The notes: a model not told the origin generated them from the sequence alone. DNA of 27,511 nt from Acidobacteriota bacterium (GCA_040005235.1 JBDTZG010000067.1:1-27511), one strand, 5' to 3'; shown: positions 16,870 through 25,216, counted from the stretch's first letter. Numbers and translations: made by a program.

Positions 16870-19236
16870 TTACAGCCGGGTGGTCAATCCCAGGCGGACG
16901 GCGCGCGGCGAGCCGGGCGAGAGGTTCGTGTTGCTGTCGGCGTTGGCCCAGATCTTTCGGTCGAAGAGGTTTTCGACGTTGAGCTGGAGGCGAAGGTCCT
17001 GGGTCAGATTGAAATAAACGGCGGCGTCGACCCGCGTATACCCCGGCAAGGTCACCGTGTCGTCGATCGTGGCGAACATATCCGAACGATAGACCAGCCC
17101 CACCGCAGCGCCCAGCTTGGGAAGCAACTGAACGTTGTTCCACAGCGACAGCGTGTGCCGAGGCACTTGCCCTACGATCGCACCCTTCCGCGCCGCGACG
17201 GTGGCGCTCAAAATCGAGGCGTCCTGATAGGCGTAGCCCCCCGCGACGCTCCAGGCCGACGTGAACTGCCCATTGACTCCGATCTCCCCGCCGCTCGTCC
17301 GCTGGCTGCCGGTCTGCACGATCCGGGTGGGATCGTTCGGATCGGTCGAGCGGGTGTTCGTTCGGTCCAGGCGGTAGAGTGCCGCGGAGAGCGAGAGCCG
17401 ATCCGTCGGGTCCCACTTGGCGCCGATCTCATAGTTGGTCAGCTCCTCGGGCTTCACCTGTTCGGTGATCGCCGTGAGCGACGAAAACTGATCGCCGGAG
17501 CTGGGCAGGTACGACACGCTGTAGGTGCCGTAGAGCGAGAGAGCGGCGATCGGCTTGACGATCAGGCCGAGGCGCGGCGAAACCAGATTGTCCGTCCGAT
17601 CGAGGCGATCGCCATTCCGGTGGTTCTCGTATTCAAGGTCGAAGCGATCGATTCGCAACCCGGCGACCAGCTGCAGGCGGGAGGAAAGCTCGATCTGATC
17701 CTGCGCGTAAAGTGCGCCGACCCTTGCGGTCAGATGGTTGTCCGCGTCCGTGGCGTTCTGGCGGAAGGTGACGGGCGTATCGATCGTCGGGTTGGCGTAC
17801 GGCACCAGAATCGTCGGGGTGGAATTGTTGAAGAAGCCCGTGTTGCGGAAGTTGTCGGTCGCCTGACGTCCGACCTCGGCGCCGACCAAGAGGGTATGGC
17901 GGATCGTCCCGATCTCCGCCGCGTAGGTGAGGTCCGTCTGATTGAAGACGTTGTCGCGCTTCGTGGCGTTGTTGTACGCGGTGAGGGCGACGAGCGATTT
18001 GTTTGCCGAAACCGCCCCCGGCACGAAGTTCTGGTAGAACCGGTCATAGCCGCCGAACAGCGTGCGGTTGCGCAGATTGAGCCCGGGAATCCCGGCGAAC
18101 TGATGATCCAAGTTGACGGAGGCCAGATCGACGGACGCCCTCACGTGGCTCTGATTCGGGTCGCCGTAGAACGTGTCGATAGCGACGTCGGCCGGCCTAC
18201 CGAGAAACGAGGTGATCCCGCGGTCGGCCGTCCGGGTGTCCTTGAGATGCTCGTACCCGAAGATGATCTTCGTCGCGTCGCTCGGTCGATAAGTCAGGCT
18301 GGGGGCGATGCCGGAGCGTTTGAGATCGACGTGGTCTCGAAAGCTGCCGGAGTCCTCGTAGAGGCCGTTGATCCGCAGCGCGAGCTTGTCCCCCATCGGT
18401 TGATCGAGATCCGCGGTGAGGCGCTTGTTGCCGTACGAGCCGCCCTGCACGTCGATTTCCCGCGTGGCGTCGAACCCGGCCTCCTTGGTCACCCGGTTGA
18501 TCACCCCGCCGCTGCCGCCGCGTCCGAAAATCATCGCGTTCGGACCTTTGAGCGCCTCCACCCGTTCCAGGTTGTACAGATCCCGGTAGTACTGGACATC
18601 GTCCCGCACGCCGTCGACGAAGAAGTCCGCCGAGGAGCTGTTGCCGCGGATGATCACCTGGTCGCGGTTGTTCTCCCCTTGGTGCAGGCTGATGCCCGGC
18701 ACGTAGCGGACCACGTCGCCTATGCTGGTCATCAGCTGATCCTGCATTAGCTGGCGGGTGACGACCGTAATCGACTGCGGAACGTTCAAGAGCGGCGTCT
18801 CGGTCTTGGTGCCGGAGCGGAGGGAGGGGATCTGATAGCCGGAGGAGGAGCGAACGGTGATCGACTGTTGCAACGCCGCTTGGAACACCAGGTCGACCGG
18901 GCCGGAGCCTTCGGACGGGGAAGTCATCTGAACCTTTTCCGCGACACCTTCCACTTCGATCACCAAGTCCTGGGTGCCGGGGCGAAGGGGGAGCGAGAAC
19001 CGGCCATCGCCGTCCGAGACCGTCGTTTGGGCGGCTTGGCGACCCGTAGCAATCGTGCTCACCCGGGCGCCCGCGATGGGAATCCCGGCGGGATCGACCA
19101 CTCGGCCTTCTAACGAGATCGGCGGCGGAGCCGCCGTGGCGGCGCCCGGCTCCGCGGCTTTCGTGGGTAAGGTTGAAACAAGGAACGCGACGGCGAGTGT
19201 GAGAAGCCACGGTCGGAACGGGTACGGCCGATTCAT
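16870..19236 (-). CDS. TonB-dependent siderophore receptor (Fiu-like) with an N-terminal carboxypeptidase-regulatory-like domain
   Basis: GGAGG RBS before MNRPYPF; signal peptide; GRVVDPAGIPIAGARV; plug domain SGTKTETPLLNVPQSITVV, GENNRDQVIIRG, LERVEALKGPNAMIFGRG; barrel end LQLNVENLFD...PGSPR. Confidence 0.92.
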   Translation of the reverse strand: MNRPYPFRPWLLTLAVAFLVSTLPTKAAEPGAATAAPPPISLEGRVVDPAGIPIAGARVSTIATGRQAAQTTVSDGDGRFSLPLRPGTQDLVIEVEGVAEKVQMTSPSEGSGPVDLVFQAALQQSITVRSSSGYQIPSLRSGTKTETPLLNVPQSITVVTRQLMQDQLMTSIGDVVRYVPGISLHQGENNRDQVIIRGNSSSADFFVDGVRDDVQYYRDLYNLERVEALKGPNAMIFGRGGSGGVINRVTKEAGFDATREIDVQGGSYGNKRLTADLDQPMGDKLALRINGLYEDSGSFRDHVDLKRSGIAPSLTYRPSDATKIIFGYEHLKDTRTADRGITSFLGRPADVAIDTFYGDPNQSHVRASVDLASVNLDHQFAGIPGLNLRNRTLFGGYDRFYQNFVPGAVSANKSLVALTAYNNATKRDNVFNQTDLTYAAEIGTIRHTLLVGAEVGRQATDNFRNTGFFNNSTPTILVPYANPTIDTPVTFRQNATDADNHLTARVGALYAQDQIELSSRLQLVAGLRIDRFDLEYENHRNGDRLDRTDNLVSPRLGLIVKPIAALSLYGTYSVSYLPSSGDQFSSLTAITEQVKPEELTNYEIGAKWDPTDRLSLSAALYRLDRTNTRSTDPNDPTRIVQTGSQRTSGGEIGVNGQFTSAWSVAGGYAYQDASILSATVAARKGAIVGQVPRHTLSLWNNVQLLPKLGAAVGLVYRSDMFATIDDTVTLPGYTRVDAAVYFNLTQDLRLQLNVENLFDRKIWANADSNTNLSPGSPRAVRLGLTTRL

Positions 19237-19349
19237 GTAAGATTCCTCCGGCAGAAGGCATGCCTGGACAGCGATGTCCCAGGCAGCCGGGTTGCGGCGG
19301 AGGTTCCCGGTCCAGGCGCCAACCGAGGTTTCCGGGGCCTCCGCGTCGT

Positions 19350-19370
19350 TATTGAGACTTTGTCTCAATA
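19350..19370. promoter_or_regulatory. Perfect 9-3-9 inverted repeat, Fur-box-like operator
   Basis: TATTGAGAC-TTT-GTCTCAATA, AT-rich in a GC-rich context, ~115 bp upstream of a siderophore receptor gene. Confidence 0.7.
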
Positions 19371-19380
19371 GATCTTCGAT

Positions 19381-19410
19381 ATACTGGACCGATCCGGTCC
19401 GATTTGTCAA
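19381..19410 (-). promoter_or_regulatory. Sigma70-type promoter for the TonB receptor gene
   Basis: The minus strand reads TTGACA-N18-CAGTAT, which places the start site just upstream of the Fur-like palindrome. Confidence 0.5.
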
Positions 19411-19468
19411 TCGGCCGGTAGATCGAATGTCCGGGAGCTTGGTTTCGAGCGCAGCCCCGCGCTCCGCT

Positions 19469-20062
19469 TCACTGCACTTCCAGCGAAAAATCGACGTCCA
19501 GGCGCGTCCGGTCGGCGAGCAACTCGACGCTCTTCACCTCGAAATCGGTCAGCTTGAAACCGATTCCGTTAGGACCGCGGGCGCCGCTCGCGAGAGCTTC
19601 GAGCTTGCCGCGCAGGTCGAGCCGCAGGCGATCGAGAATCCGTTCGAGCAGGAAGCGCAGCACCCGGCCGCCCGATTGCCCTTCGATCGAGAGGTCGGTC
19701 GCGCGGAACGACAACACGCCGTGCGAGAAGACGGGGGTTGCCACCGCCCGGATCGGCAGATCGCGGCCGAGCGTCGTGCAAAAGCCGAGCAGCTTGAACG
19801 CTCCGCGCACCCGGCCGCGGAATTCGAGCCCGGCGGGCACCGTGGCGATCGTCGGGTCGAGCACATAGCCCCAGTTGCAGGCATCGCCCGGTTTGCCCGC
19901 GATATAGCGCCGATGATCGGGATAGGTCTCGTCGGTGAGCAGCCGGGCGAGGATCGAATGAGGTACCTCGATCGTCGCCGCCCGGGCGCCGGGCGCGAAG
20001 AGTGACAAGATCCAGAGGACGCGGGAAATTCGAAACCAGAAGCAGGGGAGTGGGCGGGGCAT
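19469..20062 (-). CDS. Hypothetical exported protein with two Cys in the mature part
   Basis: GAGGA RBS; signal peptide ending ARA-A; beta-rich mature region; GC-biased codon usage. Confidence 0.7.
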   Translation of the reverse strand: MPRPLPCFWFRISRVLWILSLFAPGARAATIEVPHSILARLLTDETYPDHRRYIAGKPGDACNWGYVLDPTIATVPAGLEFRGRVRGAFKLLGFCTTLGRDLPIRAVATPVFSHGVLSFRATDLSIEGQSGGRVLRFLLERILDRLRLDLRGKLEALASGARGPNGIGFKLTDFEVKSVELLADRTRLDVDFSLEVQ

Positions 20063-20125
20063 GGAGTTCCTCTAGGCAGGGGAACTTGATCTTAATCCGG
20101 TCTACCCTTGAGGGGACCTCGAAAC

Positions 20126-21385
20126 ATGACGACTCTGCCCCAACCCGCCGAATCGACTCCGGTTCGGGTGCGCTCCGGCTGGCTCAATCGCTCGACCGTG
20201 GGCGTTGCCCTGGGGAGTCTCTTCTCGGATATCTCCCACGAGTTGGCGACGGCTGTTCTGCCTGCCGTGCTGCTCGCGCTCGGAGCCGGTCCGGCGGCGC
20301 TCGGCCTGATTGAAGGGAGCGCCGACGGTATCGCCACAATCGCGAAGCTCTGGGGCGGCGCGGCGGCGGACAAGGCTAAACGGCGGAAACCGCTCGCTTC
20401 GATCGGCTACCTGGTGACCGCGACCGGCATTACGCTGATCGCGTTCTGCACCACCTGGACGCAGGTGCTCGTCTGCCGGATGGCGGCGTGGATCGGGCGC
20501 GGATCGAGAAGCGCCCCCCGCGACGTGTTGATGGCCGAAGCGGCGGCGCCCGAATCGCTGGGCAAAGCGTTCGGCATGGAGCGCGCGGCCGACGCCTTCG
20601 GCGCCGTGCTCGGTCCGCTCTTGGCGGTGGCCTTGATCGCCCACGGCGAGGCGCCCCAGCACGTGCTGCTCTGGTCGCTGATTCCCGGTCTGATCGCGTT
20701 CTTTTCGATCGCCCTGATCGTGGTCGAAAAGCCGCGCGCCGAAAGCGACGTGGCGAAGGCCACTTTCTTCGCCAACGTCCGCTCGACAGGGAAGCCTTTC
20801 CAGCGCCTGCTGATCGCGGTGTTCGCCTTCGGCTGCGGCGATTTCTCCCGCACGCTGCTGATCCTCTACGTGATCCAGCATGCGGTAGGCACGCTCTTCT
20901 CGCTCTCTGCCGGGGCGCTCGCGATCGGGCTCTATGTCCTCCACAACGCGATTTCGGCCCTCGCCTCGTTCCCGTTGGGCGCGCTCACCGACCGGGTGGG
21001 CCGTCAGCGGGTGCTGGTCGGCGGCTACTTCCTCGCCGGGGCGACGACTTTGGGTTTCGCGCTGCTTCCCGCCTCGCCCGTCATGCTGGTGGTCCTGTTC
21101 ATCGGCTCGGGCGTCTACATCGCCTGCGAGGAGGTGGCCGAGAAAGCCTCCGCGGCGCAACTCCTGCCGGCCGCGGTCAAAGGAACCGGAATGGGCGTCC
21201 TCGCCGCGGCCAACGGCCTGGGGGATTTCGTTTCGAGCGCCCTCGTCGGCCTTCTCTGGTCCGCGTTCCCCGCCACCCCGGCGATCGGCTTCGGAGTCGC
21301 CGCCGCTTTGCAGCTCGCGGGAGGCGGCATTCTGGCGACTCAGCTGCGGCGGGCGAGACACGGCGGTCCGGTGCCCCAAAGCTGA
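20126..21385 (+). CDS. MFS transporter
   Basis: About 12 hydrophobic segments; SLFSDISHE, LGLIEG, GRGSRSAPRD, GKAFGMERAAD, GALTDRVGRQR (MFS motif A). Confidence 0.9.
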   Translation: MTTLPQPAESTPVRVRSGWLNRSTVGVALGSLFSDISHELATAVLPAVLLALGAGPAALGLIEGSADGIATIAKLWGGAAADKAKRRKPLASIGYLVTATGITLIAFCTTWTQVLVCRMAAWIGRGSRSAPRDVLMAEAAAPESLGKAFGMERAADAFGAVLGPLLAVALIAHGEAPQHVLLWSLIPGLIAFFSIALIVVEKPRAESDVAKATFFANVRSTGKPFQRLLIAVFAFGCGDFSRTLLILYVIQHAVGTLFSLSAGALAIGLYVLHNAISALASFPLGALTDRVGRQRVLVGGYFLAGATTLGFALLPASPVMLVVLFIGSGVYIACEEVAEKASAAQLLPAAVKGTGMGVLAAANGLGDFVSSALVGLLWSAFPATPAIGFGVAAALQLAGGGILATQLRRARHGGPVPQS

Positions 21386-21476
21386 ACCTTTGCCGGCCGC
21401 GGTCGCGCGTTCACTCCGGCGAGGTGTCGGCGGAGCCCGCGCCGGTTGTTCTGTTGAGCGAGAGCTGCGAAAGTCT

Positions 21477-21876
21477 GAAATCTTCTGGCCGCACTCCAGA
21501 TCTGCTGGTTCTACTCCAGATTTCCTGGCCGCACTCCAAATCTGCTGGCTCAGTTTCAAAATCCCCTGGCGGCGCGCAAAATCTGCCGGTGAGCCGCCAG
21601 AATGGGCTGGCCGCTCTTCAAATCTCGTGATTTGGCCCTGAAATCCCCAGACGGAGCCGCCAAGACGCCGCTGGAGAGCTGAAATCTGCTGGCCACCGTC
21701 CAAATCTGCGGGTGGAGCTGGAAATATCCTGGTGGAAGCGCGGCCAGGAAATTTCAGCCTTCAGCCGGGACATTTTGACGCTCGCCAGGGGATTTCCACG
21801 GTGGCCAGGAGATTTCCCCGACGGCCAGGAAATTTCCAGTCGGACCAGGAGATTCTTAATGTTGGCCGGAGAATCC
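21477..21876. repeat. Non-coding array of ~20 degenerate 14-bp units (consensus ~SAAATYTSCTGGCC) at ~20-21 bp spacing; 13 forward then 7 inverted
   Basis: Forward units start at 21477, 21497, 21517, 21537, 21558, 21578, 21599, 21619, 21640, 21661, 21681, 21701, 21721 (21619 and 21661 are weak). Reverse units (GGCCAGGRRATTTC) start at 21742, 21763, 21783, 21803, 21823, 21843, 21863. Confidence 0.85.
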
Positions 21877-21939
21877 TCTCCGCCCCCGGCGTCAATTCGA
21901 TCGTCTCCCTCGAAATCCCTTCGGCGGCTCGCCGCGGAA

Positions 21940-22095
21940 GGTCTCGCCACAGCCGTGGCGCTCACCCATTTCCTGAACAGCCTGCTCTACGGCGTCGAGG
22001 CCCAAGATCCGGGAATGCTTCTCGCCTTAATGCTCGCGCTTGGCCTGGTCGCTCTCCTGCTCCTTATCTGCCCACAAGGGTGCGATTGCGTTGTG
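21940..22095 (+). pseudogene. C-terminal relic of a MacB/FtsX-type (ADOP-like) ABC permease
   Basis: GLATAVALTHFLNSLLYGVEAQDPGMLLALMLALGLVALL, then a frame switch to PYLPTRVR; this matches the family ending LLYGV.x.DP...VALLAxYLPARRA. No upstream coding part. Confidence 0.7.
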
Positions 22096-22136
22096 GGGGG
22101 AGTAGGAGGGCTTGGCCGCAGTTTGATTAAGGACAC

Positions 22137-22712
22137 CTATTCAAATCGGACGACCACGCCGGAGATGCTGGCAAAATCTTCGGTTATATTGATAACCGCG
22201 TCACCGCCGAGGCCGATGGCCTGATTTTTCAGGTCTTCATCAATGGCCTCACGCTTCTTGGACCTTCCCAGTGTTCCGTACTTGCTGACGCTGATTCGGC
22301 CAAGTTCCTTGAACGGTTGAGTAGGCTTCTCTACGAAAAATAGCTTGACGTCCGTAGCGGTCCGCGCATGGACGGTTGGGGGCGGTGCAGTAGTCTTTTG
22401 GTGGGATTGGACGCGTTCGACGATCGCTGAGATGGGTGCATCTCCGAGGCCCGCGGCTCGAAGCGAAGCGAGTGCCTCAGGGCTACTGTCAAGTCGCTCT
22501 ACGGGTGCGTATTTGACCGCAGCAACGATGACACTTTCGCCGATACCGGCATGCTTCATCGCGACTACATCGGAGGTTTCTAGAGGCTTGTCTCGCTCGC
22601 CTGTTTGCAGCTGGGCGGTTCCTGATGTTGGATTCACGATGATCGAGAGAATGGCTAGAAGCCAAGGCCCGATAGTAAATAGATGGCGATTTTGCAGGAA
22701 CTTCGTTTTCAT
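22137..22712 (-). CDS. Hypothetical exported protein (helical N-domain, Pro linker, YbjQ/RcsF-like C-domain)
   Basis: GGGAG RBS before MKTKFLQ; signal peptide; LETSDVVAMKHAGIGESVIV...; C-terminal KPTQPFKELGRISV...LKNQAIGLGGDAVI; visibly lower GC. Confidence 0.72.
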   Translation of the reverse strand: MKTKFLQNRHLFTIGPWLLAILSIIVNPTSGTAQLQTGERDKPLETSDVVAMKHAGIGESVIVAAVKYAPVERLDSSPEALASLRAAGLGDAPISAIVERVQSHQKTTAPPPTVHARTATDVKLFFVEKPTQPFKELGRISVSKYGTLGRSKKREAIDEDLKNQAIGLGGDAVINITEDFASISGVVVRFE

Positions 22713-22834
22713 GGGATCTCCCTGGTTCGATGCTAGGGTTCTCGGGGAACAAAGGGCCACCTGAACGCGTTACCCCGATATCTAGCTACGCGAGAATTTC
22801 GCTTGAAGCGGTTCCCCCGCAAAGGCTCATTACT

Positions 22835-23056
22835 ATGGAAATTCCTCACGTCAATCCGATCGGCATCCTCGAAAACCCCTTCAGCGGCACGCCGCGGCAG
22901 ATCTCGCGCGGAGTGCGGGCGCTCGCCTCGATCGTTCTGGTGATCTTCACGCTCGCCACGGTGATCACGACGGTGGTGAGCCTCGGCGCGTATTGCCTGA
23001 CCACGGAGCCCGGCGATATACGCCACCTGCCGGTTCCGGTGAATTCGCCGCGCTGA
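22835..23056 (+). CDS. Small single-TM hypothetical protein (73 aa)
   Basis: MEIPHVNPIGILENPF...VRALASIVLVIFTLATVITTVVSLGAYC; host-like GC3 usage begins at the ATG at 22835. Confidence 0.6.
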   Translation: MEIPHVNPIGILENPFSGTPRQISRGVRALASIVLVIFTLATVITTVVSLGAYCLTTEPGDIRHLPVPVNSPR

Positions 23057-23076
23057 CGGCCGCTCTTAAGCTTCTA

Positions 23077-23107
23077 CGGGACGGACGGCGTCACGCCGAC
23101 CGTCCCG
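23077..23107. terminator. GC-rich hairpin between convergent genes (terminator or REP-like)
   Basis: CGGGACGG-A-CGGCG-TCA-CGCCG-A-CCGTCCCG; no clear U-tract. Confidence 0.5.
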
Positions 23108-23121
23108 CACACAGAAGCGCT

Positions 23122-24099
23122 TCAGGGGCGGAATCCGGTCTTGTCCACAATCCCCGGTAGCGTGTCGGAGTCCGTCGCAAGTTGGGGCAGAAGATAGTAC
23201 TGGATCACGCCGGTGCTGATTTGCTGGATCCAAACCTCGGTCTTCGTCGTGTTGAACTTCACGATGTTGGGCCAGAGGTAGCCATTGGGCTTCGGGCCGA
23301 CGATCCGCAGAAACACCTCGCCACGGGTGGGGATGGAGCCGGCGACGCACACCGTCTCGGGCAGGCAGCCGGCAACGGCAGTGCCATTTCGCGTGTCGCC
23401 GATTCTCACCCAGAATCGGAAGTTGGGGTACTGCGACGAGGTCAGGCCAGGGACCGCTGGCGGAACTGGGTCTGCTGGTGGCGGTGGTGGAGGAGGAGGC
23501 GGCGGCGGGGGCGGAGGAGGCTCATCGTTCTCGGCGAACTGATACCTGATCCCGACGCCGTGCATCGGGATAGAGCCTTGAGGTCCGTTCGCGAGCGGCG
23601 GCCGAGCGGAACCGATCTGAATGTCGTACACCGTGCCAGAATCGGTGGCAGCCAATCCTAGAAATACGTTGTCGCTCTCGAATATGTCGTATGAAACCTC
23701 CACCTCATACGCGCCTGGCGCAACCGTGGCGTTGAACCCGGACAGGGTGTGGCAGGTGAAGGTCTGAGATTGGAAAGTGCGTGAAAACGTGACGGACTGA
23801 ATCGTCGAAGTTCCCTGAACCACCGACGCTCTGGCCGTGAACGTACGGGTAAACGCCGACTCGTTATAGAGGCAGGCGGTTACCTGGGAGACGACGCCTC
23901 CATTGGCGGTAGAGGTATGACCGATCATGCTTAGATCGCTCGACCCGGCCTGGTAGTACCAATTGAAGGCGCCGGCGTAGAACGTGAAATCGGCCGGCAC
24001 TGAATTTCCGATTTCGAGCACTTGGTGCGCTATGGGCTCCTGCGCCATAGAAGCCCCGGCTGATAGCACCGCTAGAACTGCGAACGCAGAGAGTTTCAT
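23122..24099 (-). CDS. Secreted protein: beta-rich N-domain, poly-Pro linker, distinct ~105-aa C-terminal domain
   Basis: GGAGG RBS; signal peptide MKLSAFAVLAVLSAGASMA-Q; long Pro run encoded at ~23476-23521. Confidence 0.85.
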   Translation of the reverse strand: MKLSAFAVLAVLSAGASMAQEPIAHQVLEIGNSVPADFTFYAGAFNWYYQAGSSDLSMIGHTSTANGGVVSQVTACLYNESAFTRTFTARASVVQGTSTIQSVTFSRTFQSQTFTCHTLSGFNATVAPGAYEVEVSYDIFESDNVFLGLAATDSGTVYDIQIGSARPPLANGPQGSIPMHGVGIRYQFAENDEPPPPPPPPPPPPPPPADPVPPAVPGLTSSQYPNFRFWVRIGDTRNGTAVAGCLPETVCVAGSIPTRGEVFLRIVGPKPNGYLWPNIVKFNTTKTEVWIQQISTGVIQYYLLPQLATDSDTLPGIVDKTGFRP

Positions 24100-24208
24100 C
24101 TCCCACCTCCTTCAGTTGAGCGTCTCGGCGCCCGATCTTCGATCACTTTGCGCGTACCGGTTCTTCTAGACACGCGAGAAAACGACCGAGCTCGGTTCAT
24201 GGCCCTAC

Positions 24209-24233
24209 AATATTCGCACTCCTCACCCGTCTA
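24209..24233 (+). promoter_or_regulatory. Candidate ECF-type autoregulatory promoter
   Basis: AAT-N16-CGTCTA, 9 nt before the ECF ATG at 24243, resembling the ECF AAC-N16/17-CGT architecture. An overlapping TACAAT (24206-24211) is an alternative reading. Confidence 0.4.
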
Positions 24234-24242
24234 CAGCGGTAG

Positions 24243-24836
24243 ATGAAGACCGCGGCGAGACTGGACCCGATGCCATTTGAGCAAGACCAGCGGATTTCGA
24301 GCGTGGTCCGGCAGGAACGGTCCCGTTTGCGGAACTTCATCCAAAAGCGCGTGCCCGACCCGCTGGATGCGGAGGACATTCTGCAGGAGGTCTTCTTCGA
24401 GCTGGTCGAAGCGAACCGGTTGTTGATGCCGATCGAGCACGTCACCGGCTGGCTGTTTCGCGTCGCGCGCAACCGCATCACCGACCTGTTCCGGAAAAAG
24501 CAACCTGAAAGGCTCGGTGAAGCCGCAGTCCGGCGGGACGACGACGAGGACGGCGAGCGATTGCGGCTGGAGGATCTTCTACCTTCGGCCGAGGCCGGGC
24601 CGGAGGCGCGCTATGTCCGCGGCGTTCTTCTCGACGAGTTGGAGTTGGCGATCGAGGAGCTGCCGAAGGAGCAGCGCGAGGTGTTCCTCGCCCACGAGTT
24701 GGATGGGAAGAGCTTCAAGGAAATGGCCACCGAGAGCGGTCTGAGCGTCAACACCCTGCTCTCCCGAAAGCGCTACGCGGTGCTCCGTCTGCGCGAGCGG
24801 CTGCAAGAAATCTACGACGACTTTACGAAGTCATGA
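24243..24836 (+). CDS. ECF RNA polymerase sigma factor
   Basis: RLRNFI.KRV.DPLDAEDILQEVF, WLFRVARNRITDLFRK, LPKEQREVF..HELDGKSFKEMA..SGLSVNTLLSRKRYA. Confidence 0.93.
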   Translation: MKTAARLDPMPFEQDQRISSVVRQERSRLRNFIQKRVPDPLDAEDILQEVFFELVEANRLLMPIEHVTGWLFRVARNRITDLFRKKQPERLGEAAVRRDDDEDGERLRLEDLLPSAEAGPEARYVRGVLLDELELAIEELPKEQREVFLAHELDGKSFKEMATESGLSVNTLLSRKRYAVLRLRERLQEIYDDFTKS

Positions 24837-25216
24837 GGGGATACGACATGAGACCGAGATGGAAAAGAGGGATTTTCATCGCGCCGTTCGCGCTTCTGGG
24901 GGTGGCTCTGTTCACCTTCCTGGGCGGCGAGATCGTCAAGTACCTATGGAACTGGCTGACGCCGACGCTGTTCGGCTTGCCTCAAGTCACCTTCTGGCAA
25001 GCGCTCGGACTCCTGGTGCTGTGCCGCATTTTGTTCGGCGGCATGGGCGGACGAGGCTCCGGCCGCACCCGGTCGAGGTTCCGGGAGCGCATCGCCGAGC
25101 GGTGGGACCGGATGACTCCGGAGGAACGCGAACGGGCGCGCGAATCCTGGCGGGGACGCTGGGGCTACTGCCGGGCCGAAGGAGAGCGCGGCGAAAAACA
25201 CGAGAGCAGGGGATAG
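24833..25216 (+). CDS. Small membrane protein coupled to the ECF gene (candidate anti-sigma/partner)
   Basis: ATGA overlap with the ECF stop (alternative ATG at 24848); LWNWLTPTLFGLPQVTFWQALGLLVLCRILFGG followed by a basic tail WDRMTPEERER. Confidence 0.8.
   Translation: MRGYDMRPRWKRGIFIAPFALLGVALFTFLGGEIVKYLWNWLTPTLFGLPQVTFWQALGLLVLCRILFGGMGGRGSGRTRSRFRERIAERWDRMTPEERERARESWRGRWGYCRAEGERGEKHESRG

Noticed and set aside
19237-19375. Cobalamin riboswitch ahead of the TonB receptor
   Set aside because: The GGGAA...GCCACTG...AGYCAGRAGACC-type conserved blocks are not present in order, and a Fur-like box fits the siderophore-type receptor better.
19237-19410. 58-aa N-terminal extension of the TonB receptor given in the ORF track
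   Set aside because: The region holds the promoter and operator; the RBS and signal peptide point to the ATG at 19236.
21477-21876. Repeat array as a CRISPR array
   Set aside because: The units are degenerate 14-mers with 6-7 bp linkers, the orientation flips midway, and there are no cas genes.
21618-22224. ORFs 21618-21965, 21712-22224 and 21732-22130 as intact genes
   Set aside because: They are read-throughs of the repeat array and the permease relic; 21712-22224 also overlaps the 22137-22712 gene on the opposite strand.
23476-23521. GGN trinucleotide run as a contingency microsatellite
   Set aside because: The codons are mixed and encode the poly-Pro linker of the minus-strand gene.
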